Assembly: GCA_002633005.1 (NCBI GenBank)
Contig: NMRA01000233.1
Location: forward strand, 186,001-250,000
Length of the DNA: 64,000 nt
Source of the DNA: Phoronis australis
Taxonomy: Eukaryota > Animalia > Phoronida
Reading direction: 5' to 3'
Shown: one piece after another, positions 52,401 to 64,000 of the stretch
How the letters are laid out: each line of letters starts with the position of its first letter
How positions within the stretch are numbered: position 1 is the first letter of the stretch
The notes under the pieces: model-generated
The model's input: only the letters and a program-made list of their open reading frames with translations
Told to the model about the DNA's origin: nothing
Databases searched by the model: none
Made by a program: the position numbers and the translations under genes

Positions 52401-55400
52401 TGTTTCCAAATTCAGTTGTTATTGGTGACTAACGGATTCACTAATTACATATAACAGTTGGGAGTAAAAGAAGTTGAATTATAACTTTTATCAGTGTATT
52501 ACGTAACTGCAATAGTGTTCTTTGTAGTGTATCAGTTTTAGGTTTGCTGCACTTCGCATGCTGTGGAGGTGTTACTGGTACTAATCGCTGGACAAATCGA
52601 TTGAATAATACGATTCTGAGTTTACGACTTGGTGAAAATAGGAACCAAATTCTCATTTATTGCAAAATCCGGTTTCATGAGCTACACATTGGTCTCGGAC
52701 TTTATTTCATACGTCTTTGCCGCGCAAAATGTCAGCTCAAACGCATTAAACTATCGATTATTGGCTGGCGTCCCGACAGAGGGTGGTCGACTATTTAGCT
52801 TTACCACCGATCAGCAATGGGTTGAATGCATGATTGTCCTGTTTCATCTCCGAGGCCGTTTCCACGGGAAGAAATAAAAAAGCAATCCCGGATTTGCACC
52901 ATTTTTTAAAATATGAAAGTGACTATTTGTCGTGTCTCCCATGGCAGGTGTATGCCTTTACCACTACGGAGTTTTGGCTTATAGGAATCTGCTACAGGCT
53001 CTCTCTCCCTCTCCCTCTCCCTCTCCCNCCCCTCTCTCTCTCTCTCTCGAGAATTTATCATGGCTAAATTTACCCAGTGAACTGGCGTTTTCAAGTGAAG
53101 ATCAAATCGTGAGCCAAGCTCGGGATCAGCTATAAGAGTAGGCCAATAGACGTGTTTGACTATTGCCAGTTTGATGGAATGTTTCAGCTTTTGTTCAAGT
53201 CAGTAGGCTCCGGTGGACGTCTTCGAATTAACTGTCAAGTTAATTCTGATATATAGTCTAGTGTTCCTATTTCCTTTCACATGGATTGATTACCGTCAGT
53301 TATTTGTCTTGACTAATTAGATAGCCGTTGAAATATCCATTGTCTACTGTACTACAGGAGACAACAAATTTGCTAAACGTTCAATTAAATATATTCTACA
53401 CCGCTTCACTATTAAATAGACCTCAGTGAAACAAATTTTAACGCAAACTAATTTATTCACAAATAATGGCCTTCAACAAGACTTTAATACAACAAATGTA
53501 TTTTATTAGAGAATGCTTAAGTTTATCTGGCGGTGCACCAACAAATGACCAAATGCCTGCAACATTTCAAGGTCACAAAAACTCATTTTTATAAAAATTT
53601 CAGTAAAAATACATATATAAATGAATATGATTGTAATTTACACGATGTTCACATTTCATTAATATCTTTCAATATACGAGATCCATGCCATGCTCTAAAC
53701 TGGTGAAAACAACTCAAAGAACATCTCCAGACCGGAAGTAAAACACTGAGCCCGAAAAAAGTACCAATCCTTTTGCCAGTTCGTTGTAACGAGTCCATCA
53801 GCGAACGCACACGTACCAAGTACGGGTCACACAAAATCAACATGATTCATAGCGCAATTTTTTGAGAATTGGCTATTAATAAACAACAACTTGCAACCTT
53901 TTCATTTAAGGCATATTTATAAATGCATGTAGCGTGCTCCATTGCCTAATGGTTTTTAAATGTCCTTGTTTTAAAATATGACTCATGATCTCATTTTGTA
54001 AAAAGCTCATTAACGAGCAGTAGTCATTCAGCTGAGACTCAGGCCACTTTACGACTGAAAGTGGCAACTATAAATGAACACCGATACGCCCTTCATATGT
54101 GTGAGATCCACTATAGTTTTCGCAACACACTACGTCAGGTTTCAATTATTAATGCTACTATAACGTTACTGGGAGTAGGTAGAAGTTGGATTTAATGTAA
54201 ACAATTGTGTCTTCACGCCCTTAACACAAACACTAACGATACCAACGTTCAAGTGGCGTTGGAGTATTATTAGATATAAATCCATTACTAAGCAATTTGT
54301 GAGTAAACAAAAACATTTTCCTTGAATCTTTTTAAATCGCCCAAAAACTCGTGGTAAGGATACATTTTCTCGCTGTTGCAATTACATTACCACATGATGA
54401 ACCACTGAAGTATGTGGTTAACTCGAACTATGGAAGTTACAATAGCTTTCCTTAAGAGAAGGTCATTAGATATGGGGTCAAACTTTGGACAAAAGAAGTA
54501 AGAAACCGCTTTTGTCTATTAGTTTAACACGTAGGACAACGTGTATGGTGTCGAAGTAACACAGCAATGTTATTAGGCAGTACACACTTTGACACGGATA
54601 TGACTCCAAGGGAATGGAATTGGTTTCACGATCTATTGATACAACTCTGATTAATTTCATACCAATAAGTCAGTGTTGTCATTCTTCAGCACATGGGAAT
54701 TCATAGCATTTGAATACTATATTAAGAGTTACAATACTAAATTATTCGTATTTGTTGCAGGAGCTTCAAAACAGGAAGGGATCAAAAACAAAGTCTTATT
54801 CTTGAGGGTTTACGAGTTTTTTCATTTGCCAAGTGTCGCTTCCAGGCAACAACCTCTTTTCAAAGACGAACTTTGCGTGGCCAACCTTGTCTGGCTGCGT
54901 ACCATTTTTGTTAAGAATACAACTTGAAAGTCTTTGAAATTGGACAGCATTTTAGATTGTGCACGATTATGTTGTGATGTAACTTGAGAGAATTAAACGA
55001 CAGAGATTCAGGCTATGTGCAAATTTAGGCTGGACTACGGAACATAATGCCAATCCTTTTCCACTGAATAAAATCCGCAGTGGTCACGTAAGTCGTGGGT
55101 GGGTGTGTGTGTGCATGCGCGGGCGTGTGACATTTGTGCGAAATATAGATTAAAATTATTTGCTATACTATTATAGTAATCTCGAGACAATGACTGTAAT
55201 CTATTTGCAGGACTGTTACTGGATACTTGTATAGCTTTTCCTGACTAGCCACTCGATAAAATCTCACACCAACGCACGTTGACTGATACTATTGATTTGA
55301 AAACACTTATGTACAGAAAAAAGCTACATTGGCCAAGTTTAACCGAGCCCAAAACAGCACGAAAACTCTCAAGATGACACCGTCATAGCGGAATCACTCA

Positions 55401-58400
55401 GATCTCTATTGTTCTGAAAACATGTTAACAAGAAGTGAAAGCTGGAATTTTGTCGTTTGAGCAAGGCTAAAGGCCTGTTTCGAGCTCCATGCATTACAGT
55501 GATTCGGCGCAATGCATAGCGCCTTAAAGATGCTATGTCTCATTAAAACCGTGAATATTTAAATTTGTAGCAAGTGCCAGCTAGCGAATTCTTGGAGAAG
55601 TATGTGTACAGGAAAAGAAACAATTTGCAAATACGTGGCAGTTTCAAAGAAAACACCACAACTGGTACATTTAAAAACATACATGAAGATGTGAAAAACC
55701 CTAGTAATTCCAAATATTTCGCAATACGTATCTGTTAGTGAAATAAACAAATTATAAAAACTATGCCTTGTTTCATTAGGGTAACGACAATGTTGTGGGG
55801 GTTTCCCAGGGATTCCTGTGCCGTCTCGAGAAACGTGGACGAGAATTGAGTACAAATACCTAAAATTTACACTACTAGAGATGCAAAATGGCATGGTGTT
55901 GAATATTGTCCAAGGTGACGGCAAAATGGAATTATAGAACGAATGCTTTCGTTGTAGTCACCGTGAAGAGTGTCTGCCTATTAGCCAGACCTCAGTTGCC
56001 GGTGGCCGCCGAGATGAAATATTACTGTTACTCATTTACAAAAATAATTTCGCAAAACGAGACTTTTGCAAGATTGTAATGGTAACTGGTTTCCGGCACA
56101 GTGAAGGACCCGGGGTTGTTTGCGAATTAGTACTTCATTTGGAAGTTCACAATTCAACGAGACTTCGCGTCTTTAAAACCAACGTTGAACTGTAAACCAC
56201 GTGAATTTGGCTTTTACAGTAAGTTTTAAGTCCAGCTCTGACCACACAAATATGAGCAACAAGGCTTATTGACTTGAATTCGCCTTGGTCACCGCTAACG
56301 TCCTTCTGCGGTGTTCTATTCAGACCCTATTCAATACAACTTTTTTCGGCCTGTTGTTCTTTGGTCTATCCTCGCCAAAAAAAACTACACCACTTCTCGT
56401 TTTGCGAGCCAACGTTTGAGCGGTTAAACTGTGTTTCCTTATGTTGCTACAGTATCTGGGAAGTCCAACTCACTTACAATAACAAAAAAATCCATTTAAA
56501 ATGTTCCCTAGACTAAAGTTATTTATAAACGTGGAAAAATAGCCAATAATCAACCAGGGTCCCAGATAGATTACAAATAGCCTGGGTAATCATCTGCATG
56601 AAACAAGAGTTTGTAATTGACAGTAGAGGCAGTGACCTGACGCCTACACCGGCGAGTTATAATTTTACAAATTGTTTACTTGATAGGTGATCGATCTCTT
56701 TCCCTGTTCAAAATGAATGATTTTGCATATATCGACCCAGCGTCGACACACTGCTCTCCACAGTGACGATATTTATGAGCTTCGGATCATTTATGGCAAA
56801 CAATTAAGCTAAAAAAACGCTAGTTTGAAGTTACTGACGTCATCAATAAAACGGAACCTTTCTCCAACTGTTTTCAACCAATCAAAATGACTGGACTTAC
56901 TATGACAACGTCCCTCTTGACATGAATTGTGATAACCTGGCGCAATTAATGATTAATTAATGTTTCAAGAATATGCCTAGAGCGTTTAAAAAACAACAGA
57001 AGTGGTTCTCGTGTCTCTTGGAAATGCAATTTAAAAATTCTTAAATAGTTCAAATACTGATTAGTAATGCATGTTAATACCGATATTAAAATCTCAAAAA
57101 CATCAACCAGAAATTTACTATCGATAATGACCGGTCTGTCAACATATTTTGAAGCTGCATTTTACCTTGTTTAGCAGGTTAAAAAACGAAAAAAACAAAC
57201 TACGTCTTTGACGCTCATGGAATCAGTCGCATGATATTCCATGATAGGGTTCTATTTCCGTTAACAACAACATCGAACCCATTTGGAACTCAAGGAAACG
57301 CTTCACACATTATTGAGGTTGACCAGCCCTAAATTTGCGAAATCGCAAATGACATATGTGCGCACTGCCCGTGACTCAAATTGCTCGCTCATTTAGCATG
57401 GTTAACAGCGGCGAAATGCCCCTTTAATTAGGAATGTGTCCAATCATAAAACGGTTTTATTTGGATTGGAACACTACGTGAAAATTCGCTAATATGGTAT
57501 GTCGTGTCTGCTAAAATCTTCAGTAAATAAATTTAGAATTAACTTATTTTCCTTTTTCTTCCATCTGAGTGGCGCAAGTCAGTCTTGATTGATCGTGATA
57601 TGCTAACTCCTTTTAAAAAATGTGGCAACCTCAAAAACTAAATGCAATCAGTCACGTAATACGGAAAACCTCTGAATTGCTAAATCTCATGGACGATCCT
57701 TCAGAATTATTGTGCATTTTAGAAATGTTTTAGAATTATGACATTACCACGTTATAACTTCAAAAATCTCTTGTCGAGATACATTTTCTTAAGTAAAGCT
57801 ATCAAATGACACGGGTATTCATTCGAGCGCTTAACTCGAGTAATGTATGACAATGTCAAATAAGGTGCACCCTAATGATATGGGGCGACTTTTCCCAAAC
57901 TAACTCACATCGCATGTTATATGTTGCATGTACGTACGTATGTATGCATGCATGTACGTACGTATGTATGCATGCATGTACGTACGTATGTATGCATGAA
58001 TGTATGTATGTATGTTTTTATGTATATTATGTGTGTGTGTGAATGTATATAGATGTACTGATGTATGTTAGTTTATTTTTCATTATGTGTGTGACTCCAT
58101 GAGTATATGTACAAATATGGCTTACGTGATTGCATGACTGGATGGATGAATGGACAAATGAATTGCTGTAGCATGTAGGCCTACTTGTAAGTAAGTACGT
58201 AAGCCAGTATGTAACATGTATATCGCGCCTGGTCATTTAACTGAATGACATTTTGTTGTGACTCTGTACCTCGAAGCCTAACACGATTCATTGGAAAATA
58301 GGTGACGTGTGTTAATGTCAATGTTTTATGATGCAGCCAAGTCAGTTTATGAAGAATTAGTCCAAGTCATAGTAATCCCCCTGTGGCTAATGGGTGTCGC

Positions 58401-61400
58401 GTACTGACAAGTTGCAAGACGGTAGTCAGTAAACAACCCTAACGCATGTACACTACACTGGCCTGTCGCCACTAAGTACAAAAACATTGGTAAAACAATC
58501 CCGGAAATGGAAATAGCATTCCTTTTCCAATAGGTGACTACAGAAAGTGTTCACGTCATTCATCATGAATGCTGGTCACTGCGCTATTGGGAAACAACTT
58601 TATTGTAGTTCTGAGAACGAAAGTGGCAAACTCTGCGGTCAAATGTCGAGGTTACGCAAATATTTGCAAATCGCAACCAACTGGTAGAGGCTGGATTGCG
58701 TTGCGTTGGCCACAAGTCATATCTTGCACTTGCCGCGAAAAGTCTTCGCTGACTGAACGGAAACAGAGAATTCAATCCCACAATTCAATACTTCAATCTC
58801 GTCGACCAATAACTTCAATGTCAACCATTTGGCTCGGATAGGCCTCCAGCGCGCAGTTGGCTGCATATGAGCCGACAATTCAGTCAAGTTCTCGATTGAC
58901 TTTCTCATACGGAAAGTCACGTGACTGAAAAAACCTGATAGGTGTCGTTATTGTAGAAAATAGATAAATAAAACACCGATTGTTTATAATTAGCACTATA
59001 TTACGAAGACAAGTGTACAGTCTGTAGGATAAGATTTGTATAAGTGCTGCCCATTTACTACGACCTAACACGACCATGGTAGTAGCAGAGAAGTTTGTAA
59101 AGCTGATGCTGTCAACGTGTAAAAATGACAATTATTGTGTAAATTTCAATTATGCGTCCTTGTTTTGAGGACCAGCCTTCGCTGCTGAGAAATTCGACAC
59201 CATTTTTCAAGCCTATCATGACCCAGAATAGAACGGAGCCGTCTAGCCTCTGCTGGGCTAGTAAGCTCGCTGGTTCCCTACAGTACGTGCCTAGCCAGCA
59301 CTCAGGTATCACGCTGTAGCACGCGCTTTAGGATTGGTTGATGTAACCTCGGCAGTCAATGGTTAGTTTTACAACAACGTGAAAAAATGGCGGACTACGA
59401 ACGATTTTTAGCCTTGTCATGCAAGTGGCGTAGCAGCAACTATTTCGTTTCTGCAGTAATGTTTAATAGCACATACATTACAATAAACCCATTTCTGGCC
59501 GATTTAACCGGTGTGTTATTCATATTGTATGAATACAGGACAGTATCGTAAACAGACCACATTTACACTTGCACCAGCAGTCATGCCAGTTTTTTTGCGT
59601 AAAGCACTGCCTGTTGAGAATTCGACCAGCCAATCAGAAACGCCGGTGTAAAAAAAATTACCGAGGAAAATTAAGTGATACCTGCGTGCTGGCTACCACC
59701 TAGTGGCACGCAGAGAACCAGCGCTTCAGGGCTAGTAAGCTCCTGAGCATATGCGCGAAATACTCGCTTTTCACTCGCGCGAGTTTTCGAGGTCTTATGA
59801 GAACCTGCTTTTCTGACCAGGAACTAGGTCGACGGAACGCTCTCCTGTTTAACACAAACCCTCCTCAGCTTCCGTTTATGAGATTTCGTAGGCCAACTGG
59901 TGCACCTGACAGTGTTGACGTAAAATAGTAAGCGTGGGAAACAAGAAATAAGCAAAATTATGTTAAGGCAAAGAAGAAAAAAACATAACTGGTTCTGGTT
60001 TTCGCCCAGCTCATTTTGAAATCTGCGCCACACTATTCACTACACAAACATATCAAGGATTTTTTGAACGAATTGGCTTGCCTTCTTAGAGACGATCACC
60101 TCTTTCATTATTTTCGGTCTACACAGAAGTATCGCGTCGCTGCACTGTTGAAGATGGGAAAGACCATGGGCGCCGGAGCACTGGAAAAAGTGGGGGCTAT
60201 AGCCCCCCAGCCTCCTATGGTGCGCCCCCCATGCCACCACGTGGTGCATAGATCGAAATATCGGCTGTGACGCCTTCACAATACAAGGGATTTGTTCTAA
60301 AGTAAAGGGCTTCATGCTCAAGTTCAAGTGCGTTTCGCACACAATGTTCAAATGAGAACGACGCACTTAACAATTGAAATCAGCAACAAGGGGTATCATT
60401 TGCATATACATTCGGGAATATTAGTACGAGATGTCTTGACAACTTTAAAGTCAACAGTGTGTGACGATGCACTTTTAAACCAAACCTTTGCTGATATTTT
60501 CTAACCACGTGTTGTCATCATTACGTGATTAGTAGTGATAGTAATTTGTCAACTGCAGAAGGTGATTTTTCTTGGCAAATGCCCTACGCCAAAACTTCGG
60601 GATTAAACCAATTTGTCTAGTAAATCAGTTCATTTTCGTTGCCTACTCAGCCCTAAAATCGTTTGCATTTACAGTCACGAAAGCAGGGCATTAAATGTAA
60701 AACATGCACTTTGCTAATCACCACTCAGTCACTGTTTATCACGATGACATTACTGACATGACTTGTCACCACGAAATCATCGATCTATATCAATGTCTTC
60801 CCACAGTTTTTTACCACGCGAGTTCATTTCTCGTCTTGCATTGTCGCAACTGCAAGCTGCGTACGGTGATACTAGTTTTTAGCGAGATCGTCACATACTA
60901 ACTTCGTCGAGTTCGAAGGAGGAACGTTTACATTGATATATTCGCCGTGCTTAGGCTGGACTTGAAATGAAGGCATCGCCACCACGTCATAAATTTGAGT
61001 TGCATTAATTGTCAAAAAGATTTGTTCATAAAGTCCCACGCAGGCCAAGTAGTTCAAGACGAAATCGCTCGCTTCAAACTGTAATAAACTAAGTTAGTGA
61101 TGTTGAATCTGCCATTAATAAGCTCCGTTCTGATGGTCCATGGTTCTATCATTGATAATTAGGAGCACTTCTTAAAAAAACAAAACAAAGGGTTCTCCCA
61201 AAATATGAACCAGAGCAATATTTTTTTTCTAAATGTCGTTGCATGGGTCGCGCGTGCAGAGCTCCGGCTCAGAACTAATGTGACAGCTTGGGAAACGTGT
61301 ATTTCAGCGATTTTACAATTGTGATTTATTAGCAGAAGTAATAGAAGTTGTGAACTGAGGCGAACTAAGGCTTCTAATTTTTGCACCTAATCAGGGAGTG

Positions 61401-64000
61401 GATCTCACTGGCAATATGTTTTGGCATGTGAAACCACCTCAAACTTGTATGAACTTATTTTAAAGTTCCATTCGCTTAAAATTAAGCAACTAGGATACTG
61501 GCCTTTTCATGGTTGCTGATGTTAAGTACTCATGCACCAATAAAAGCTCTTTGCTGTTAAATGATTTAAACATTTTAAACAAGTTAATACTTGACGTCAT
61601 TCTTAAATAGCTGCGGTCAGCATTAAACATTGATCGTATCGTCAAGGAAGTCAATTTGCTTCAAGAAATAGAATATTGCGCGTATGAATCCTGCGAAAGT
61701 AGTTCTTACAATTGACAACAGCTCGTCGTGGGAGGTGATTTCTGACGTGTTTGCTAGTACAAAAACAGGCAGGCTTGAAACTGGAAAATTCAAAGCGTAT
61801 TTTTTTAATCCAATTCATCAATTGCCCTGTAAATCACGTGACCGAGCTTTGTCATGATTCATGTCTAGACAAATTCGTTAAAAGGCTTGTTGTTACCTAC
61901 ATTTCTGGACTTTTTGAAAATAGATTACCAACTCGGAGCTGTAACGCAGTTTCCAAATGAAAAAGCGATCAATGCCTATGTAATTTGCCTTTTTGCCTTA
62001 GTTATTACTCAAAATTTATTAGATCAGTTCCAACCTTGTCAACGTAGAAACGAATACAAACAGTAATTGGCGAGAGCCTGCTCTGTGCCAGGGATTTCAT
62101 GCCATGCTCTGTCTAAAATGGTCTCGATTTTAAATTAGGTGTTTCCTGATTTGAGTCGAGGCTTAGGAATTTCGCCCTCACAGCTTGACATTTTCAAACG
62201 GTAGTTTTCCAGCTTGTCACAAATGTTTTACGTCTAATACAGAGTGCGATCTTCCTCATATACAGTTTCTTTTGCAAAGATGAAGTCCGGGAAATCTCCA
62301 TGGATCTCTTCATCTCTAATAGACATGTGTGATCGGTATGTTCTTATTTGCAAATAGACTCTTGTGCAATCAACATACGGTGTTATTTTTAAATGTCGAA
62401 TCATTACACAAAATCCAGTTAACTGTACTTAACTTTTAGCGTTTCGTCTAATTAGTCGAGTTCAAAGACTCCGTACACAGATAGTTCTCAGATTCTGTCT
62501 GGCGAGTTCTACAGTGAAGGATGCACAATGCTAAATGAAAATAAGGAAACCTTTCTCTTACGAACCAAGATGTTTCTCCACGCAAGTTTCGTCACCAATT
62601 GCATGTGAGACAAAAGTGCACATTCACAGATTATGGATGTTTTTCATTAAAACCTGCGACCCATTACAACAAAACAACGAAGTTTTTCATAATACAAGTC
62701 TTACGTCTGTAAGCTTTATTACTGACCCATGTGGTGACTTGTTCTGTTAAAGATATAGGGTATTCTTAATTTTCATATTAGAAATAGAATTAACCTAGAA
62801 CGCCTTGCTGAATCGTAAGATTTGTCGTTAACGACAGCCTCGCTATGAACGTCTGAATGACAACAGTTTTCTCGAGGTAACCGCGTAAGCAAGCCCAGTT
62901 AAATCAAAAAATGATCAACACCAGTCTGTTTCAGAGTAAGTCAACGAAAGCTCTGGCCCCAGTATGCGTGTGTTCACCTGTTCTCCTAAAATGTATTACT
63001 TGTTCGCAAGATGTGATAACTGCGTTCATTACAACAGCCTTCTCAATAACGGTCATTCCCCAAAATAAACTGTTATTAAAAACAAGGCAGATCGAAGCCC
63101 GACCGTTCGCAAGCCCGCTTTAAATACTTTTCCAGGCACTGGTTGAATTTCATTAATGACCGTAACATTCAAAAGGTCTGTTTTTACATTATAGTTTCCA
63201 TCTTGGTTTTAGCGTTTCACCCAGGGATTCGTGTAGTCTCTTTGTGTTAGATAACTAGTTGATCCTGTCAGCCGTCTTTGCAATTGAAATTTCTTCAGAA
63301 GCGATTGAAGTTAGATATATGCTAAACCTTTCTATGGCTACAAAGCAAACCCGAACTCCGAGAATAAAAAGACATCAGAGAATTGTGCTGGAAAAACCAA
63401 TCTGAATCTAAAGAGGGAAATTAATGAAACTTACTAGCTTATTTACTTATTGAGAAACAAGCGCAGCGATGAAAACTATACACCCCTGATTAAGGCTAGA
63501 CGGTCGTAATGAGGCGTGCTGAAAAAGGCACTAGATCCGTACAGCAATGATTGTCGCTGATTATTTTTTGACTTAAGTTAACGAGTTGTGTATGACATTG
63601 ACAACTGACAAAGTAGTAATCCACTTAGCCTGCTTTGTGTAACCACTGACCGGACTAATTGTGACGAGATCAGTTCAATGGAACAATGTTAATATCTTTT
63701 CATACAAGCCACCCCCTTCCCCCACAGTCAGTCACATCACATGTCAAAGACAGCACCAGTTCTGTACACGTCACGTCAGGAAAATATATTCATTTTGTGT
63801 CATTTTTCTATGTTTGACTAACACATGTGTTTATTTTACACAGTTCGTTCGTCGTGGCAAACAAAACGTGTGTAATCGGATTTCCGTAAGTCGTTTGATT
63901 TCTTAAGACAAGTCTAACCTGAAATCCGTCATTAAAAACGAAAGAAAACACTTACCTCGTGATGAGGAATATCTCTGAGGTGGCTTGGCGGTTGCCGCTA
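31336..64000 (-). CDS. Multi-exon gene (5'-partial) for a secreted CAP/CRISP-like protein: CAP-EGF-ShKT-linker-ShKT-FnI/VWC-like
   Basis: 14 GT-AG exons with matching phases total 1529 nt (2 leading nt + 508 codons + TAA). CAP motifs HNHYR, VWDDELAELAQKWA, GQNL, WHSE, GHYTQMVW and CNYGPSGN appear in the correct order. The two 5'-most exons are less certain than the rest. Confidence 0.9.
32512..32659. repeat. Intronic 37-bp inverted repeat, Penelope-like terminus
   Basis: tagcctatttacattggcaagacgtttcggtcggtca / tgaccaaccgaaacgtcgtgccaatgtaaacaggcta. Confidence 0.75.
33164..33271 (-). CDS. C-terminal module exon (A)TKCQDYNYKEHKLGEFWVTEFGKFTCTRNGVVNER
   Basis: ttattttcag acceptor. The G|gtgcgt donor keeps frame with the last exon. 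CxD..H..GE.W pattern is FnI/VWC/PSP94-like. Confidence 0.85.
35945..36070 (-). CDS. ShKT-like domain 2 exon (G)LEDCKFVDLAKCGQTSEKYWPKHYCKFGIWRRCPAMCGKCA
   Basis: Six Cys ending in CPxMCGxC; ccag acceptor and G|gtaaga donor; phase 1-1. Confidence 0.92.
36916..37443. mobile_element. Intronic PIF/Harbinger-like foldback MITE containing an assembly gap
   Basis: 31-bp TIR ggcccggtctccaatctccgtactcagactc (1 mismatch); CTG TSD on both sides; N-run at 37154-37235. Confidence 0.85.
37745..37975 (-). CDS. Acidic then Pro/Ser/Thr-rich linker exon (A)PGEEKNFWEVSQ...PSPSTATPTTTTKRPVGTKIDD
   Basis: Lies within ORF 37647..38039; G|gtatgg donor. The acceptor is uncertain: acag at 37976 is preferred, and an in-frame gtag would start the exon at 37921. 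Confidence 0.75.
38580..38741. mobile_element. Intronic hAT-like MITE
   Basis: TIR caggcgcggatccag / ctggatctgcgcctg. Confidence 0.75.
38784..38912 (-). CDS. ShKT-like domain 1 exon (L)DCRAAKDYFICKHAGGSWGERECKKWANMPYDYCPITCHLCP
   Basis: Six Cys ending in CPxTCxxC; tttcag acceptor and G|gtgaga donor; phase 1-1. Confidence 0.92.
42439..42540 (-). CDS. EGF-like exon (D)CGGKVCKNGGKVNLRTCTCQCKSRSWIQKDDCS
   Basis: CxNGG...CxCxC...C pattern; actttcag acceptor and T|gtgagt donor; phase 1-1. Confidence 0.92.
43755..43852 (-). CDS. CAP C-terminus/hinge exon (S)GNFANMQYLPYRRGTKGSSCSRKFYDYRHGLC
   Basis: Completes YxPxGN, followed by PYxxG and GLC; tttttcag acceptor and G|gtatgt donor. Confidence 0.93.
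44496..44584 (-). CDS. CAP domain exon MVWATSSRIGCGFAVCNGSTPYFACNYGP
   Basis: VWAxxxxIGCG and CNYGP signature motifs; ttacag acceptor and AG|gtgag donor. Confidence 0.96.
45041..45180 (-). CDS. CAP domain exon (G)SYPVGQNLARGFEEWKSVLEAWHSEVEHFEYGHGSTNGEDIGHYTQ
   Basis: GQNL, WxxE and GHYTQ motifs; tttctttag acceptor and CAG|gtgag donor. Confidence 0.96.
45485..45575 (-). CDS. CAP domain exon VWDDELAELAQKWASNCIWRHEEVFNRNIP
   Basis: WDxxLAxxAQxWAxxC..H motif; ttttcag acceptor and G|gtac donor. Confidence 0.95.
47093..47199 (-). CDS. CAP domain exon LSESSKYLIVNMHNHYRGNVEKYSGQPPAANMEKM
   Basis: HNxxR and PxAxNM motifs; tag acceptor and ATG|gtgagt donor. Confidence 0.95.
49087..49162 (-). CDS. 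CAP gene exon TCPLRFTLISPDHTACLNPPKRIRE(G)
   Basis: Acceptor ctttctag, donor G|gtgagt. The C-x10-HTxC motif resembles the N-terminal loop of invertebrate antigen-5/CRISP proteins. Confidence 0.88.
50495..50655. repeat. Degenerate (GAT/GAC)n low-complexity tract
   Basis: Runs such as gatgacgatgat and gatgctgatgac, inside an intron. Confidence 0.7.
51015..51316. mobile_element. Intronic TIR element, family E copy 1
   Basis: Ends tttcgcccagcttagcaggctaaaa / ttttagccagctagacaggacgaaa; the interior is the reverse complement of about 57238-57375. Confidence 0.6.
52141..52184 (-). CDS. CAP gene exon (V)SQKQKFTSGDVSQP
   Basis: Acceptor ttttcttttgcag and donor CCG|gtgagt; 44 nt; phase 0 joins the 49162 exon. 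Confidence 0.7.
52999..53048. repeat. (CT)n/(CCCTCT)n microsatellite
   Basis: Pure pyrimidine tract seen directly. Confidence 0.9.
57157..57419. mobile_element. Intronic TIR element, family E copy 2 (opposite orientation)
   Basis: Shares tgatagggttctatttccgtt, gaaacgctt, ccctaaatttgcgaa and cccgtgac with the reverse complement of copy 1. Confidence 0.6.
57927..58014. repeat. Compound CATG/TACG/TATG microsatellite with a 24-bp higher-order unit (x3)
   Basis: catgtacgtacgtatgtatgcatg repeated three times, followed by (tatg)n. Confidence 0.9.
58748..58830 (+). repeat. Interspersed repeat fragment, family D copy 2
   Basis: gaacggaaacagagaattcaatcccacaattcaa...accaat matches 19470-19548. Confidence 0.6.
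59263..59723. mobile_element. Intronic foldback element
   Basis: cgctggttc..tagccagcactcaggtatcac / gtgatacctgcgtgctggcta..gaaccagcg. Confidence 0.65.
60165..60233. mobile_element. Minimal CATGGGCG-type MITE (a related 5' end lies at 4062)
   Basis: catgggcgc..agcactg..aagtggggg..ctatagcccc..gcgccccccatg. Confidence 0.55.
63956..64000 (-). CDS. Probable 5' exon (partial): ..AATAKPPQRYSSSR, likely the end of the signal peptide
   Basis: Strong donor GAG|gtaagt. Its phase 1 matches the 52184 acceptor (G|TA=Val). A-T-A resembles a signal peptidase site. The exon runs off the window. Confidence 0.55.

Overview
AT-rich, intron-containing eukaryotic DNA, most likely a marine invertebrate (inferred from gene architecture and repeat types). 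It is not prokaryotic, and nearly all entries in the ORF track are chance ORFs. The main feature is one minus-strand gene that I assembled by hand from 14 GT-AG exons with consistent reading phases. It runs from 64000 to the stop at 31336, gives 508 codons, and starts beyond the window edge. It encodes a probably secreted CAP-superfamily (CRISP/antigen-5-like) protein with this layout: CAP domain, hinge, EGF-like module, ShKT, acidic/PST linker, ShKT, and a C-terminal FnI/VWC/PSP94-like Cys module. Bases 1-30 kb contain no supportable intact gene. They hold non-autonomous DNA transposons (hAT-like with 8-bp and 5-bp target-site duplications (TSDs), Harbinger-like, TACCG-terminated), decayed LINE and possible Harbinger transposase fragments, and a 31-bp minisatellite with a constant half and a variable half. 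I found no CRISPR-Cas system, rRNA or intact tRNA. All family assignments come from motif recognition, not database searches.
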